Origin: the human T2T-CHM13v2.0 reference genome, Homo sapiens
Strand: one strand, 5' to 3'
NCBI RefSeq assembly: GCF_009914755.1
Contig: NC_060930.1
Length of the DNA: 64,000 bases
The position numbers and the translations under genes were made by a program. The notes beneath the pieces are model-generated. The model was not told the origin of the DNA. It searched no databases and was given only the letters and a program-made list of their open reading frames with translations. Positions 61,071 through 64,000 of the stretch are shown here, piece by piece. Position 1 is the stretch's first letter, and every line of letters starts with the position of its first letter.

Positions 61071-62112
61071 GACTGTTTTATTTCTCTCATTATTTCTGCA
61101 TGTGTCAGGGGAGGGGATGTGTTCTCTACCCAGTTGCAATCTCTTCTTTTCCAGTAAAATATCTACATAGCCTCTTAGGCTACCTTAATTTTTCCATTTA
61201 AATCTACTCTGGTTTGTATAGTTAAAACACAGAAGTAGTTAAGACAGAACTAACATTAGTGTGGTTGTGCAAATTAGGAGTGTAATTTGAATGAACACTA
61301 AATAAAACTTATTTTGTTTGAGGAGAGGAAGAGAAGATTTGAATTTTTCATATGTTAATGTTTTTAACTTGTCACTAAAAAGTAATGTTGATAGAGAATA
61401 TATCTTAAGAGTGTATTCTTCCAATGCAGAAGCTACCTCCAGAGAAAAACATAGACTTTGCTCTCAGCTATTAGGGATTCATTACCTCTTGGTCTGTTCA
61501 TCTGAATGCAGTATTATTCAAAATCAGATATCTCACTGGAGAAATACAGTGTCCCAGATGGTCAAATAATAACATCTACTCTCCCAGTTTTTCTAGGCTC
61601 AAAGAATTTATCTCATACTTATTGGTGAATAACTGTGGGATGAAACTGCTATTATCAAGTGCTCTAATAGATCGAAAGTTTTCCTCAGATACTTCAATGA
61701 TCCACAATTTTGTAAATGTGGGGTGTGGGCAATGAGACAAGTCAAATTCTCAATTTTTAAAAGCAAATATATTTTTTGCTTCAGGACCATCTGATATTCA
61801 AACTATGAATCACAAGCCAGAGGCCATAGAATCAGAGAAAAATGGTTTTGATTCCACTGCTTACCTCTTATTGATTCCATGTTCCTTAGAGCTTTAACTA
61901 ATACTGTTGTGCATTACTTTCCTCCTTAATGTAATCAAGACTGTAAGATATATTTTTCATAATTAAATGTAATAAAATCAAAATATATAATGCAAAGCCT
62001 TGTACTATGAATAGTAGTACTCCTTACTCCTTGGTTCCTATCAAGAATCAAGTCAATATATACTCTGGGGAAAATGATGAGGAGGAATAATTTCTATTCT
62101 TTCTGTTCTGGC

Positions 62113-62892
62113 CATGGTTCTTAACCTTGGCTGCATATTAAAATCACCTACGGAGTTGAAAAACTTTATATCTAGATTGTACTATGGACCAATTAAGACC
62201 ATATCCCTGAGAGTTTGGAGCCCAGGTATTGTCATCTAAGAGACCACCATGTAGTAGAAAACAGAGCTTTATTGTTGACATTGGTTTCTAAAACTAGGAA
62301 GAGAAAGTCTCCAGCATGGAATGAAGGTGCCCTCTCTTCAAACAGGGGAAAGACAGGTTGGGTTTTATGCCTGGAAGAGGCAGTGTCATACATATTCAGC
62401 AGGTTTGGAGGAGAGGTTATTCATAATTATGAGGGGAGTCAAGTGCATACTCAGTGGGTAAACAGATATGTAATATAGATTCTGTGTTCACTTGGTGTGG
62501 CATTTTAGCATTAAAACGAGGTTGAATTTGGCCCTTTATATCAAAATGTGAACTACAAGACACAAAGTTTGTGTGCAGCATCTGTAAGCTGGCTGAAAGT
62601 CTGCAATAGTTTACCAGAAAAGAATGTTTGTAAGGTTGGTCCTCTGTCCAGTCAGAGTTGTAGTGGTCAGGGTTAAAATCAGAAATGATGGCTCCTAGTG
62701 TTAGGAAGTTTAACCATAGGAATTTAGAAATTTTCCATGCCAAACATTTCCTTAACCCTCAACCCATAGGTAACTTAATTTCCCTAACTTTGGGTCCATC
62801 TTGATTGATTAAGGGGCATCTATTTTGATTTCTCAGATCACAATATTCATGTCTAATTATAAAATTCCCTAGGTGATTGTGATGCACTATTG
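62113..62892. mobile_element. MER5-family hAT element split by an LTR
   Basis: catggttcttaaccttggctgcatattaaaatcacct...gagcccaggtat [LTR] ...ttccctaggtgattgtgatgcac. Confidence 0.75.
62230..62842 (-). mobile_element. ERV1-class solo LTR (family not assigned)
   Basis: TG...CA termini, minus-strand AATAAA near its 3' end (gctttattg at ~62266-62274), 4-bp flanks gtat/atat; cleanly interrupts the MER5. Confidence 0.75.
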
Positions 62893-62900
62893 CTCTAGTC

Positions 62901-63084
62901 CAGTGTTTCTCAGTGGAGCCCTCAGACCATCAGCATCAGCATCACCTGGCATTTGTCATTAATGCAAATTATTGGGCCCCTCCCTAGACCTGCTGAATCA
63001 AAAACAGAGAGTGGATAACATCAGGGTGAGTTTTAGCAAGCCCTCCATGTAATTCTGATGCACAGTGAAGTTTGAGAACCACTT
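62901..63084. mobile_element. MER5A
   Basis: cagtgtttctc...cagcatcagcatcacctgg...aatgcaaatt...agacctgctgaatca...caagccctcc...ttctgatgcac...aagtttgagaaccact; TIR-like ends. Confidence 0.9.
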
Positions 63085-63091
63085 ATGTAGT

Positions 63092-63352
63092 CAGTGGTAA
63101 TCAAATTTAATGAATAAAATAATCATCTTAAGTGCTTGCTTAACATGTATTTGGTGTATGTCAATACTTACAGAACTTTCCACTAAAAATGTTAATTTTA
63201 CAGTATGCAAATTATACTTAATCTCCCCCAAAAATGACCAAAAAATGCCAATTTGGGGGCTCTGCCATCAGAGATATTGAGTCAAAGTGTAGGGACTCAG
63301 CAAACCTCATTTCAAAACATGAATATTCTGTTTCAGTATGCAACTAGACTGC
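63092..63352. mobile_element. Diverged MER5-like element interrupted by an L1M 3' tail (~63150-63245)
   Basis: cagtggtaatcaaattt...aatcatct...gcttgcttaacatg; L1M-like tail aattttacagtatgcaaattatacttaat. Confidence 0.5.
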
Positions 63353-64000
63353 ACCTCTAGTGTGGGTACTATTATCTATTGTCCTATATCACTGCAGATC
63401 ATGCATGAGAGAAGATACCAGTATCTTTGACCAACATCTCGTCTTACAGAAGATACCACATCCTCACAGAAGTGCCTTATAAAAATTTGCTTTCATGCTA
63501 CCTTTGGTGTAATATTTGCAGGTGTCAAAATAAGAAATGGCTTCATAGCAAAATGTTCTTTATAAATGTTTTTTATTGTGCAGTAGTCCTCTTTATGAAA
63601 CCAATATAACAATTTACTTATAGAATTCATTCCCAAGCAAATTTTCTTCTGTCCTGATAGCTGAAATAAATGTTCTTATTCAAAAATTGTAACATTTATA
63701 TTTCATTTTTTTCTGTAGTTGCTAAATAATTTAGCACCACTTTTAATGCCAGTTGCAATAACTATACTAATCTAGAGTTCTGACACATATATATTTTTCC
63801 ATATAATATTTTTTCTATATTAATAATTTTCTTGAATGTATACTTTTTTTGTCACCTTAAACCCTTTACAAGCATAACAGGATGAGAAATCCTGTAATAA
63901 ATAGTAACCCTCAGGGTAAGTCAAGTTCCATTTAGGACATTCAGCTATCCTGAGATAGTAAATGTAATCCACTGAGTTAAGAGATTCTAAGCAGAGGAAA

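Overview
AT-rich, repeat-dense primate genomic DNA, intergenic or deep intronic. AluY and an L1PA2-type insertion point to human or another great ape. I find no cellular protein-coding gene, RNA gene or CpG island. Every ORF over about 150 aa is LINE-1 derived, and the shorter ORFs are Alu, LTR or chance frames. Main contents: a full-length (~6.1 kb), inactivated, minus-strand L1PA5-like element at ~46571-52706, nested in an older L1M; a young L1PA2-like insertion at 58278-59831 with an unusual doubled inversion junction; long tracts of old L1M; about 12 Alus; MaLR, ERVL and ERV1 solo LTRs; MER1B, MER2, MER5 and MER63 DNA-transposon fossils; MIR and L2 remnants; and microsatellites. I cannot support a new biological system here. 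The most unusual signals read directly from the sequence are: (i) two L1 insertions with complex template-switch or fold-back 5' structures; (ii) several further short fold-back scars visible against repeat consensus; (iii) speculative splice-site-bounded exons in the unique 2-15 kb region (a possible minus-strand lncRNA or smORF, and a 12-nt microexon-like cassette). Subfamily names come from remembered diagnostic motifs, not a database search, and the boundaries of old repeats are approximate.
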